A stretch of DNA of 63,984 nucleotides, counting the filler, from Octopus bimaculoides (taxonomy: Eukaryota), in assembly GCF_001194135.2 (NCBI RefSeq). It is 10 parts of 8 records of this genome, joined end to end, with 100 filler letters (N's around TTAATTAATTAA, not from the genome) between each part and the next. Parts side by side here need not be neighbours in the genome. Positions count along the whole stretch, not along the records: positions 13,663 to 23,109 come from NC_068995.1; positions 23,210 to 30,663 come from NC_068993.1; 8 more parts are not named here. One strand, 5' to 3'. Shown here piece by piece: positions 13,563 to 23,940 of the stretch. Made by a program: the position numbers and the translations under genes. Position 1 is the stretch's first letter, and every line of letters starts with the position of its first letter. The notes below the pieces were generated by a model. The model was not told the origin of the DNA. It did no database searches and worked only from the letters and a program-made list of their open reading frames with translations.

Positions 13563-13659
13563 NNNNNNNNNNNNNNNNNNNNNNNNNNNNNNNNNNNNNN
13601 NNNNNNTTAATTAATTAANNNNNNNNNNNNNNNNNNNNNNNNNNNNNNNNNNNNNNNNN

Positions 13660-13935
13660 NNNGGATTTGGTAGGCAGAAACTGAAAAGAAGCCCGTCGTA
13701 TATATTTATATGTATATATATGTGTGTGTTTGTGTGTCTGTGTTTGTCCCCCCAACATCGCTTGACAACTGATGCTGGTGTGTTTACGTCCCCTTAACTT
13801 AGCAGTTCGGCAAAGAGACTGATTGAATAAGTACTAGGCTTACAAAGAATAAGTCCTGGAGTCGATTTGATCGACTAAAGGCGGGACCCCAGCATGGCCA
13901 CAGTCAAATGACTGAAACAAATAAAAGAATAAAAG
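13660..13935 (+). mobile_element. SINE family A (middle and tail)
   Basis: ggatttggtaggcagaaactgaaaagaagcccgtcg...ccagcatggccacagtcaaatgactgaaacaaataaaaga. Confidence 0.85.
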
Positions 13936-14409
13936 AAAAAGAATATATATATATATGTATGTATGTGTGTGTATATATGTGTGTGTGTGTGTGTGTATGT
14001 GTGTGTGTGTATGTGTGTGTGTGTATGTGTGTGTGTGTGCATGTTTGTGTCTGTATTTGCCACCATTTTTCAATTGGTATTAACTTGTCTACGTCCCCAT
14101 AGCTTAGTGGTTAAGCAAAAAGAGAGTAAATGAATAAAAGATATAAAAGGAAAAATTCAATAGTTTCTTTACACAGAAATTTGAAACAGAAGGAGGCAAA
14201 AGTCCATGCAAAGATTTGTAAAGAGACACATGTTGGATGGGTTTATACAATACCAGGGTGGTAAATATAATTAGCTTCTGTTTCATTGAAATAATCAGCT
14301 GGTTTCCCTTTATTCTGTTATTTTCTTTTCAAAATATGAGAAGCGGGTTTTCATAAAAGCACCATCTGGTGAAAGAGGGCAAAGTTGAAGAAATGAGCTA
14401 CGAGAGACT

Positions 14410-15085
14410 CTCTCTTTACTCTTTTACTTGTTTCAGTCATTTCACTGTGGCCATGCTGGAGCACCGCCTTTAGTTGAGCAAATCAACCCCAGGACTTATT
14501 CTTTGAAAGCCTAGTACTTATTCTATCGGTCTCTTTTGCCGAACCTCTAAGTTACGGGGATGTAAACACACTAGCATCGGTTGTCAAGCGATGTTGGGGA
14601 GACAAACACCGACACACAAACACATATATATACATATAAATATATACGACGGGCTTCTTTTCAGTTTCTTATTTCTTTATTGCCCACAAGGGGCTAAACA
14701 CAGAGGGGACAAACAAATACAGACAAACGGATTAAGTTGATTACATCGACCCTAGTGTTCAACTGGTACTTATTTAATTGACCCCGAAAGGATGAAAGGC
14801 AAAGTCGACCTCGGCAGGAGTTGAACTCAGAACGTAAAGACAGAAGAAATACTGTTAAGCATTCTGCCCGGCGTGCTAACACTTCTGCCAGCTCGCCGCC
14901 TTGTTTTCAATTTCAGTTTTCAGCTTCATTTCAGTTTCCGTCTACCAAATCCACTCACAAGGCTTTGGTCGGCCTGAGGCTATAATAGAGGACACTTGCC
15001 CAAGGTGCCACGCAGGGGGGAATGAACCCGGAACCATGTGGTTGGTAAGCAAGCTACTTACCACACAGCCACTCCTGTGCCTGAG
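14410..15085 (-). mobile_element. Nested SINEs: family A (14410-14667 and 14920-15085) interrupted by family B (14668-14902)
   Basis: The family A tail and head halves flank a family B copy (head aggcggcgagctggcagaagtgttagcacgccgggcag..gttctgagttcaac on the minus strand). Confidence 0.8.
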
Positions 15086-15134
15086 AAACATTGTACTAAA
15101 TATTATATCGTTTTTTTATCTGTTATTATTAACT

Positions 15135-15480
15135 AAATTGGATAGACAAATGTTGAGGTGGTTTGGCCACATGGAGAGGATGGATGGAGAGCGGATGGTA
15201 AGGAAGGTGATGAAGGCTGAAGTGGTAGGCAGCAGAACCAGAGGCAGACCTCGGTTTATATGGATGGATGGAGTGAGGAAAGCTTTGGTGGTTAGAGGTG
15301 TTGGAGTGAGAGAGGCAAGAGAGTTTATAAATGATAAGGAAGGCTTGGAGAGTGTTTGTGGACGGATGAGTGAATTTGATGTTGCTCAAAGGGGTACTGA
15401 ACCAGCATGAAACAGCGGGGGTAAACCAGCACATGCTGTCGGGCCCTGCTGCTGATATTAGGGGTTGCGTTCTATACCTT
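15135..15480 (+). mobile_element. RTE-clade LINE 3' end
   Basis: MLRWFGHMERMDGERMVRKVMKAEVVGSRTRGRPRFIWMDGVRKAL matches the RTE C-terminal LRWFGHV-RM...R-RGRP motif. Confidence 0.85.
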
Positions 15481-16022
15481 GACCCGAGCATAGAACAGGG
15501 TTCGCCACTTTGATCTGGGAAATGAATGTGTGTGTCTTGGTGTGTGTGTCTTGCTGTGACTATCCACTGCTAAAAAAAAAATGGGGAATAAACCTAGGTA
15601 TATGATGATGGTGATTATTCATTTCAGCCACTGGACAGCGGTCATACTGGAGCGCTACCATGAAGAGTTTAAGTTTAGTCATACAAATCAACCTGTAGTA
15701 CTGATTTTATAAATTTTGGTACTTATTCAATAGGTCTCTGTTTCAATGCATTAAAGTCGTGTGAACGAAAATTAATCAGGAGTGGCTGTATGCTAAGTAG
15801 CTTGCTTACCAACCACATGGTTCTAGGTTCAGTCCTGCTGCATAGCAGCTTGGGCAAGAGTCTTCTACTATAGCCTTTTTTTTTTTTTTTTTAACATCCT
15901 TTCATGAAAATTGTTCAAACTGAAATTCTTGAGCAACACCATTTTTCCATTCGAGTCAATATAGAATTACTGATAGTATTTATGGAATTTTGATCTACTG
16001 TCATGTGACTTAGTCAACCCTG

Positions 16023-16059
<37 letters not shown>

Positions 16060-16129
16060 CAGACAATGCTTCATGCAAACTTGACAACTCTAATTAATTA
16101 ATTCATGTATGTATGTGTATATGTATGTA

Positions 16130-16400
16130 TATCTCTTATCTTTTTACTGGTTTCATCCAGAGGCTGAGACCATGCTGGAGCACTGCTTTTCAGTGTGTTT
16201 GGGTATCATTTTCTGTGCAGTTAGACGGAACTGCTCTGCTTTGTGCCTCCCACTGCAATACGGGTTCATCTGGTGTCTCAGATAAAAACTTACCCAGAAG
16301 CTCATTGAAGAACTCCACATCTGCACTTCGTAAATCCCTAAGCTTGTTTTTGGTAGAATGCTGAAAACTTGAGCAACTTTGAAACCCAAGCTGTTACAGT
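16130..16400 (-). mobile_element. Second, diverged 3' end of the CR1/L2-like LINE seen at 4749
   Basis: Frameshifted minus reading AQVFSILPK../[27 protein letters not shown], then gcagtgctccagcatggtctcag..tgaaaccagtaaaaaga. Confidence 0.7.
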
Positions 16401-16416
16401 ACTGTGTATATTTACA

Positions 16417-16447
<31 letters not shown>

Positions 16448-16499
16448 GTGTGTATATGTATATATATGTATATATTTGTATATATGCATATATATGTAA

Positions 16500-16571
<72 letters not shown>

Positions 16572-17214
16572 CTATCTATGTATATATATATATATCTATA
16601 TATATGTATATGTATATATATATGTGTATATATATATATGTATATATATATCACTCTCAGCCTGACATGAAACAGCTACATTTGCATACTGTTTAATATG
16701 TAATAGAGAAATATCAGTGCAATTTGATATTAAACTACAACTAATTGGTTTTGATACTGGTTCTTATCAACCTCATATATAATTATTTATATCTATATTT
16801 CAGGAAAAGGAAAACCAAAGAAAAACATCAAAAAAGAAAAGAAAAAGAATTAAAAAAAAAAAAAAAAGGCATAACTGATAAAAATCTTTATGACATTTCC
16901 AGCAACTACAAATATAAAACTATATTTGAAAGGATAATGGATTGTTTGTCTGAAGAGAGTTGGGCTGAGAGTTTTTGTTGTTGTTTAGACCCCGAGTAAG
17001 CACTGATTAAAGTAAACCTATGATACGATCAGAAAGTATTTCCAGCTGTGTCTGTGTGGTAAAGAAGCTTGCTTTTCAATCATGTAATCTTGAGTTCAAT
17101 TCCATTGCATGGCTTAAAAAAAATAAGTCCTGGGGGTCGATTTGCTCAACTAAAAACCCTTCCAGGTAAGTGCTCCAGCATGGCCACAATCAAATGACTG
17201 AAACAGGTAAATGA

Positions 17215-17257
<43 letters not shown>

Positions 17258-17754
17258 TCAAGAAAATAGGGTGCTGCAAAGTAGAACATGCAACCAAAAT
17301 CAGGGTCAGTTGTAGACTCCCCAATCCATTCTGGTATCCAGCAGTGTATGATGCAGGGCACAAATCTCAGGATGATGAGGTACAGTGCATGATTGCCTAA
17401 TGTCTCTACTAACATTATGTAATTACTTCAGCAGTTTATTGAAACACATGTACGTCCTATAAAGCTTTGAATACCACACCTTTTCCTGCTTATTTTCTCT
17501 ATATGTGTGTGTATGTGTGTTTATGGTAAAATAAAGAAAGCAAGCAATGGATGTCAAATGATGATGATGATGATGAAGGAAAACTAGCTGTGATTTGAAA
17601 CTTACCAATCAAGTTCTAATAAATTATTAATTACTAGAAATCATTAACACAGTAAACTGTGAGTCGCAATCTTTTTGGCTTTGTGGCACACTGGAGATTG
17701 AATGAAAAAGAATTCCTGACACACTTTGTAGGGAAAATTAAATATTACTGGCAG

Positions 17755-18145
17755 ATGGTGGTGATGGTGGTGGCAGCGATTACGACAGTGATGATGATGA
17801 TAGTAATAGTGGTGATGATGCTGATGATGATCATGATAGTGAAGATGGTGGTGGTGGTGATGATGCTGATGATGGTAATAATGATTATTATGTTGATGGT
17901 GGTGGTGATGATAGTGGAGATGATGATGATGATTATAGGGCTGATGATAATGGTGATAATAATGGTGATGATGAATATTATGGTTATGATGATCATGATG
18001 ATGGTGTAGTGATGATAATGGTGATGATGATGATGGTGGTGATGTTGATGATGATGATGATGATGATGGTCATGATGATGATGATGACGATGAGGATAAT
18101 GGTGATGTTGATGATGCTGATGTTGATGGTGATGATGATGATGAC
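17755..18145. repeat. Imperfect (ATG/GTG)n trinucleotide tract in the intron after the plexin-like exon
   Basis: About 390 bp of gatgat/ggtggt repeats; it explains the poly-His, poly-Met and poly-Ile ORFs. Confidence 0.9.
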
Positions 18146-18302
18146 AGCAATGACATAGCGACCAACTACAACTGCACAACGCAACACGGATTTCTTGGCG
18201 ATGAATATCAAACATGAAACTTGCAATGTACAACAAACAATTTCAGCAAAATTTGTCAAAAACTGAAGAATTCGCAAAACAAACTCAATAAAGTATACTC
18301 AC

Positions 18303-19337
18303 TTTTATAGCTGTGACACAGTAGTCTCCTTGAAAATAAGGGTAATTCATTTGGTGTCGAATACCGTCAAAACACTGACGAATATTTTCCAAGATTTTCT
18401 GGCGGACACTTTCCATATCAAAAAGGCATAGAGCAGAATGTCTTGATGTAGCGCTACTAAATACACCCATTAAAAGGGTTATGTTCTGCTTATTTAATCC
18501 TTTTTGGAAATGATATTTAGAATAGGTTGTATGAATAATAGACGCTGCTCGTAGAATGCTATAATTCCCATGTTTACCATGGCAATGGAGTGGAGCGTCT
18601 ACAAATGAATTTAAATCTGTATCATTTTCACAGAATTGAATTATTTTTGATTCATTGAAATTATCTGTAGAATGAACTGTTAGAAAATAGCTGTAGTCTG
18701 AATCACTAAAGCCTGTAATATACTGCAGGTCAACATTTTTTCTAAATTTATCACTGTATCTGATAGAAGCAAGTTTCTTCCAGTTCTTTTTGTGGAACAC
18801 TCGCCAAATGGATATATCTTCCAGCAGATCACTCCGAGTGTAACTGGTCGCGAGATATAAGATGCCACTTTTATGAGTGATGAACGCAACAGTAGATGCA
18901 TTTCTTTGGTTTGCAGCCATAGGTTGGTTAATATCTGTAGAAATGGAAATATTTTCTAAGTTTCTAACATGGCAGGAGCCTTGAAATATACTGCCACATG
19001 ATATCAACTTGTTTTCTTGATTTAAAAGAAGTACTTTATTGTAATTTTTAGTCAATGAAAGTTTCATTCCGCACTGTGTTTCTCGGACAGGTAACGCACA
19101 CTTAGGATTGTCATTTTTTGGACCTGTTATGGTTTCTTCAGTCATATTCAAGCTTAAATCCAGTTGATATATTCTGTTCATAGCTCCTATATACAAGAAA
19201 CCCTCTCTTGTATTTATCACCATGTGATTCAGTGGATTGGAAAAGTTTTGTGATACCAAGGTCACGGAAGAAACCTCGATCCAACAAAGAAGGAAAACTG
19301 CTGTCCATAAATGGAGCATTTTATAAATTGATGGCAT
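18303..19337 (-). CDS. First coding exon of a plexin-like protein (signal peptide plus Sema domain, 345 codons)
   Basis: Uninterrupted ORF starting MPSIYKMLHLWTAVFLLCWIEVSS (signal peptide). Plexin Sema motifs: LNHMVIN..LYIGAMNRIYQL, TGPKNDNPKC, NYNKVLLL, LISCGSIFQGSC, AANQRNASTVAFI, YITGF...YSYFLTV, SFVDAPLHC, SALCLF, IRQCF. Donor AAA|GTGAGT at 18302-18297 (phase 0). Confidence 0.9.
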
Positions 19338-19499
19338 CTATCCAACATTAGACGGATAATGGATGTATAAATTGAAATGTTTCCTGTTCATGGGGAAGGA
19401 CTGGGCCATTGTTTAGATGATCTAATTTCAAAGAAATTAGATTTTCTAAATATTATTTATTTTAGTCTTGTCTTTTTCAGGTACATTTTGTAGTCAAAC
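19338..19499 (-). other. 5' UTR part of the plexin-like exon, with splice acceptor at 19500-19501
   Basis: Minus strand reads ttttttttcctcttgtttttctctAG|gtttgac, a strong polypyrimidine tract 162 nt upstream of the ATG. This implies an unlocated non-coding first exon further upstream. Confidence 0.65.
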
Positions 19500-19785
19500 C
19501 TAGAGAAAAACAAGAGGAAAAAAATTAATTAGAGTCATACAAAGAAGTATTGATTGAAATATAGTTATGTACAGTCATATTTAACATGTTCATTGGGTTG
19601 AATGCGAGCACATCCCCCCACTAAAATTTCTTTTGCTGGTAGTAGTGGGGGGGATGCTTGTACACATCCTCCTGAAAAACTTTGTCACCAAATTGAATGA
19701 GTGGAGAAACATTTTTGGACTGATTTGAAACATTACTTATCCATTATTGAATTTAGCTGATTTGACAGATGTATGAATAATCTTC

Positions 19786-19856
<71 letters not shown>

Positions 19857-19857
<1 letters not shown>

Positions 19858-20050
19858 GTACGTGGAATAAATAGGGGCTGCAATAAGGGTGGAGCACTTG
19901 CAGAAAACAACACTGCTTGGAACTGCTCGAATACTCTGGAAGGTGCTTGAAAAATAAGGGGTGTTACCTTAGTTCACTGGTAGTGAACAGCTGACACCAT
20001 AGTACATCTCCAGCGTTAGAAGCTGTGCAAAGGCAATAATAATAATAATA
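19857..20050 (+). mobile_element. 5'-truncated R4/Dong LINE 3' end inside a (TAA)n microsatellite
   Basis: IGAAIRVEHLQKTTLLGTARILWKVLEK* matches the Dong C-terminal QK-[AT]-LLGTA-x-IL motif. It is flanked by (TAA)n at 19788-19856 and (AAT)n from 20034. Confidence 0.8.
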
Positions 20051-20254
20051 ATTATTATTATTATTATTATTATTATCGTNNNNNNNNNNNNNNNNNNNNN
20101 NNNNNNNNNNNNNNNNNNNNNNNNNNNNNNNNNNNNNNNNNNNNNNNNNNNNNNNNNNNNNNNNNNNNNNNNNNNNNNNNNNNNNNNNNNNNNNNNNNNN
20201 NNNNNNNNNNNNNNNNNNNNNNNNNNNNNNNTATATATATATATATATATATAT

Positions 20255-20400
20255 GAGAAATTTCCTGAGAATATGGGTGGTTGATGTCAATACAACTTTT
20301 TGCGTCTCATAGACTGTTGGTTTCCTGGGATCTGGTCAAAACATTTGTCAGTACCTTTCTTGATTACACTTGTGTTTGCTTTGTTATTAAAGTTGAAAAA
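20255..20400 (-). mobile_element. C-terminal fragment of an RLE-type (R4/NeSL-like) LINE
   Basis: Minus reading IKKGTDKCFDQIPGN../ETQKVVLTSTTHILRKFL. Confidence 0.6.
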
Positions 20401-21189
20401 AAAATCGACCTTATTTATAAAAAAATTTGGATCTTGGTTTGCAACCCCTAAACAGATTTTATTCCTGCACTTCTGAATATGTTTTGAACATGGAAAGACA
20501 ATACAGGGTACACGTTGACTCCAAAGAAGAAACTCTCTTTATAGACAATATGGGTGCAAACACACCACCAGGCCGATCAATGACATCATTGGACTACAGG
20601 AAGCACATTTCTGTACTATTATGCTTCAGCAGTTATGTATACTGAGCTGTCATTTATGGCTGCTAAGAGCTGGTTGCTCTTATATTAGAATAGCAAACAG
20701 TACATTTGCTGACATGCAAAAAAAGCTTTGTCAAACTGGAATGAATTAATTAGATGGCACACTAAGCAACATTCAATGAAACATAATTATGCATAATCAT
20801 ATTTAACATCGTCATGTATGTTTAGACATGGAAAAACAATATGCTGAACAAGCTGTCGTTCCATGTCTGAATGTACAAGAAATTAGAACATAAAAGTTAA
20901 TTGATTTATGAAAGAAAAACTGAATAAATATTACAATTTCTTAAACCTTTTTTTTATTGTGGAAATCAGATATGTCCATTTGAAATTCCCTTAACTGCAG
21001 GAAGTAGTTTTATACAGCAATCTATCTTTTGTTGAAGAATGTCATGTTTGGAACTATTTTTTGTTTAGATCTGTCAAGTTTAATGAGGTAACATGTCTCA
21101 GAAAACACCAAATCTATTTTTTTGGCAGATATATAGCACCATTACTCGAATAACCATGAAATTTAATTTCATAGTTAAAGGATCAAGTA

Positions 21190-21390
21190 AATAATCCTTT
21201 CTGCTAAAGGCACAAGACCTAAAATTTTGGGGGAGGGGACTAGTTGATTACAATGACCCCACTGTTTCATTGGTACTTAATTTATTGACCCCAAAAGGAT
21301 GAAAGGCAAAGCTGACCTCAGTGGAATTTGAACTCAGAACACGAGGGACAGATGAAACGCTGCTAAGCAGCTTGCCTGAGATGCTAACAC
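21190..21390 (-). mobile_element. SINE family B
   Basis: ggcacaagacctaaaattttggg..gaccccaaaaggatgaaaggcaaagctgacctc..gaactcagaac. Other copies at 24880-25215, 39170-39330, 49120-49290 and 50110-50283 (-) and 52508-52700 (+). Confidence 0.8.
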
Positions 21391-21393
21391 TGA

Positions 21394-21424
<31 letters not shown>

Positions 21425-21572
21425 GACAAATGCCTTAGGAATGAGAACTCAGGTTCAAAATTTCCCCCAAGACACCTGATGAAGGCTGGAGGGTATATCA
21501 GCCGAAATGTTGGGTTAACAACAAACAAGATGAGAAGAAATATCCGTCAAATGTAAATAACGTAAATAAAGA
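21391..21572 (+). mobile_element. SINE family C body and tail (head lost) with hammerhead-like motif at 21471-21516
   Basis: tgacctg(aat)n..ccttaggaatgagaac..gacacCTGATGAaggctggagggtatatcagccGAAAtgttgggtt; same family as 28921-29420. Confidence 0.75.
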
Positions 21573-22075
21573 CAGTGTGGCAAGAAAAGAGTCCTTTAGT
21601 CACTCCATGGTGGGCTTGAATGAGCTTTGATAAGAAACTGTAACAAACTATGCCTTGATATCAACCATCACCAAATGATAAATCATTACTGCTATCTTGA
21701 TACTATCAACTTCTTTATATTGAATTTCGTACAATAAATTCTACAGTCAAACTGGATCTGAAAGCAAGTATACAGTCAGAAATTCCGCTCCGTAATAACA
21801 ATAAGAGATAACACTGAATTTGAAGCTGATGGATGCTTGTTCTAGTCTACAAGGTTATCGTTTGGTGCTAATATGCCATAAGGACCTTTCTGAGTTATAG
21901 ATAGTAAAATCGCTGACAATAGCATCAAAGGAGATCACTCTTAGCCTGAAGGTGTTATTGTCATTGACAAAACTATTACAGAGTGTAATATAAACTTGGA
22001 TTACGATAATTCAGCGACTAAGAGTCTTGGTATGAAATTCATTATGTTGAACAGTATTGAGCTGGCAGAACCATT

Positions 22076-22355
22076 AGCACAGGAGTGGCTGTGTGGTAAG
22101 TAGCTTGCTTACCAACCACATGGTTCTGGGTTCAGTCCCGCTGCATGGCACCTCGGGCAAGTGTCTTCTACTATAGCCTTGGGCCGATCAAAGCCTTGTG
22201 AGTGGATTTGGTAGACGGAAGCTGAAAGAAGCCTGTCGTATATATATGTATGTATATATATATANNNNNNNNNNNNNNNNNNNNNNNNNNNNNNNNNNNN
22301 NNNATAATAGCAGAAACAACAACAATAAGCCAAACCTATGCACACACACACACAC

Positions 22356-22405
<50 letters not shown>

Positions 22406-22635
22406 AATTTGTTTGTGTGTGTAATTTGTTTGTGTGTCTGTGTTTGTCCCCCCAACATCGCTTGACAACTGATGCTGGTGTGTTTACGTCCCCGTAACTT
22501 AGCGGTTCGGCGAAAGAGACCGATAGAATAAGTACTAGGCTTACAAAGAATAAGTCCTAGGGTCGATTTGCTCGACTAAAGGCGGTGCTCCAGCATGGTC
22601 GCAGTCAAATGGCTGAAACAAGTAAAAGAGTAAAA
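22076..22635 (+). mobile_element. SINE family A, near full length (gap inside the microsatellite)
   Basis: A-box-like tggctgtgtggtaag, B-box-like gggttcagtccc, CORE-like cctcgggcaagtg, internal (TA/TG)n, tail to gaaacaagtaaaagagtaaaa. Confidence 0.9.
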
Positions 22636-23209
22636 TGCTTAACAGCATTTCTTTTGGTTCTACATTCCAAGTTCAAATTCTGCTGATGTTCAAACCTGTG
22701 CTTTTCCAGATATTATGTATCCAATAATACATTATTTAATGGATTCTTCGATGTCTTTAGGCATTATCATTTTTTTTTACAATGGGTGGATGTAACTTAA
22801 AGGAAATTTAACTGCTATGTTTAGCAGTTTGGAGCCTTCTATGTCAGTCAGGGAGTAGAGATGTAATAAATACATACATGAAATATAGGCAAGAAAAAAC
22901 ATGCCACAAAGTCTGTGTAATTAGAGTGGAAGAGGAGGGTTGGAGAGAGTGGTAGGGTCTGGGTGAAGGGGAAGAGAGATAAAAGATTAAAAAAAAAGGA
23001 AGTGAAGGTGGAAGGAGTAAAATGGGGTTGAGATGAGGGGTGAGTAAAATTAATTTAGATTTAATCTTAAAATGTTAGGCTATAAACAAAGAAGAATTAG
23101 CATGGGGGGNNNNNNNNNNNNNNNNNNNNNNNNNNNNNNNNNNNNNNNNNNNNTTAATTAATTAANNNNNNNNNNNNNNNNNNNNNNNNNNNNNNNNNNN
23201 NNNNNNNNN

Positions 23210-23940
23210 CTTAGGTTTTCACTTGTGTTTGATGAGAATGTAGAGGCAATCCTGATGTTGAACGTCGCGAAACATACGAATTCAATGGCTGTTGAAACGG
23301 GGTCTGTAGATCTTTTTAGCTCGGGGTACCAATTGTAGTATTGATTTGTAGCTCAGATTTTCGGCTGCAGTCGTTCTTTTAGTCGGGTCACCAGTTTTAG
23401 GAAATCTCTGGGCTGCGTTTGTTCTTGAGTCGGGTGGCTGTTCGAAATGCCGTATTTACTTATGTCAGCAGCGGCAGTGTAATATTATCGGTCGGTAGAT
23501 CAGAATCCGTGGCTGCGGTTCTCGTCTTCGGGGTCACCACTTTTAGGAAAGTGATGTGAACTTTTCACGTTGGGCTGCGTGTTTGAATCAACGTCGGAGG
23601 GTCACCACTTTTAGGAAAGTTCCGGGCTGCGTGTTTGAATCACGTCAGAGGGTCACCACTTTATAGGAAAGTGGTTATATACCATTAGGTGTACACCTGC
23701 TTTCCTATATCAAATTCGGAATAAACAACGAAACGCTGACTCTGAACTATCAACACAACAATATTTATTTATGGAGGAAATTGGCAGCAGTTATTTGTGA
23801 AGCTCTGGTGCTGACATGTTAGAGAGCTCCGCTGTTGGACGTCTGTCCTCTTCGCCGGCCGGCGAGAAAAGAGGATGAATATCGGCGCCAAACTTGGATA
23901 TTGATGACTACGCATGCGCACGAGACAAGGCGTTACTACA
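23210..23940 (-). mobile_element. Gypsy-like LTR (~23660-23940) with tRNA-Trp PBS and 5' leader
   Basis: The minus strand begins TGTAGTAACG at 23940, has AATAAA near 23770, and continues into TGGTGACCC..GACGTGATT, which is complementary to the tRNA-Trp 3' end. No recognisable gag ORF before the gap. Confidence 0.6.
23320..23672 (+). repeat. Array of 5-6 units of tRNA-Trp 3' half (with CCA) plus the LTR-end sequence cttttaggaaagt
   Basis: gggctgcgtgtttgaatcacgtcagagggtcacca (23624-23657), gggctgcgtgtttgaatcaacgtcggagggtcacca (23572-23607), agatcagaa..ggctgcgg..ttcggggtcacca (to 23539), gtcgggtcacca (23382-23393), tcggggtacca (23321-23331). Confidence 0.8.

Noticed and set aside
16369-16696. 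YIYI, HTHT, CVCV and poly-X ORFs throughout the ORF track (e.g. also 34264-38588, 50611-51821, 53620-54626)
   Set aside because: Translations of (TA)n, (CA)n and (TATG)n microsatellites and N gaps.
17659-18277. Poly-His, poly-Met and poly-Ile ORFs
   Set aside because: Products of an imperfect trinucleotide tract, with no splice or domain support.
23320-23672. CRISPR-like appearance of the repeat array
   Set aside because: Eukaryotic context, units are tRNA-derived, there are no unique spacers of regular length and no cas genes.
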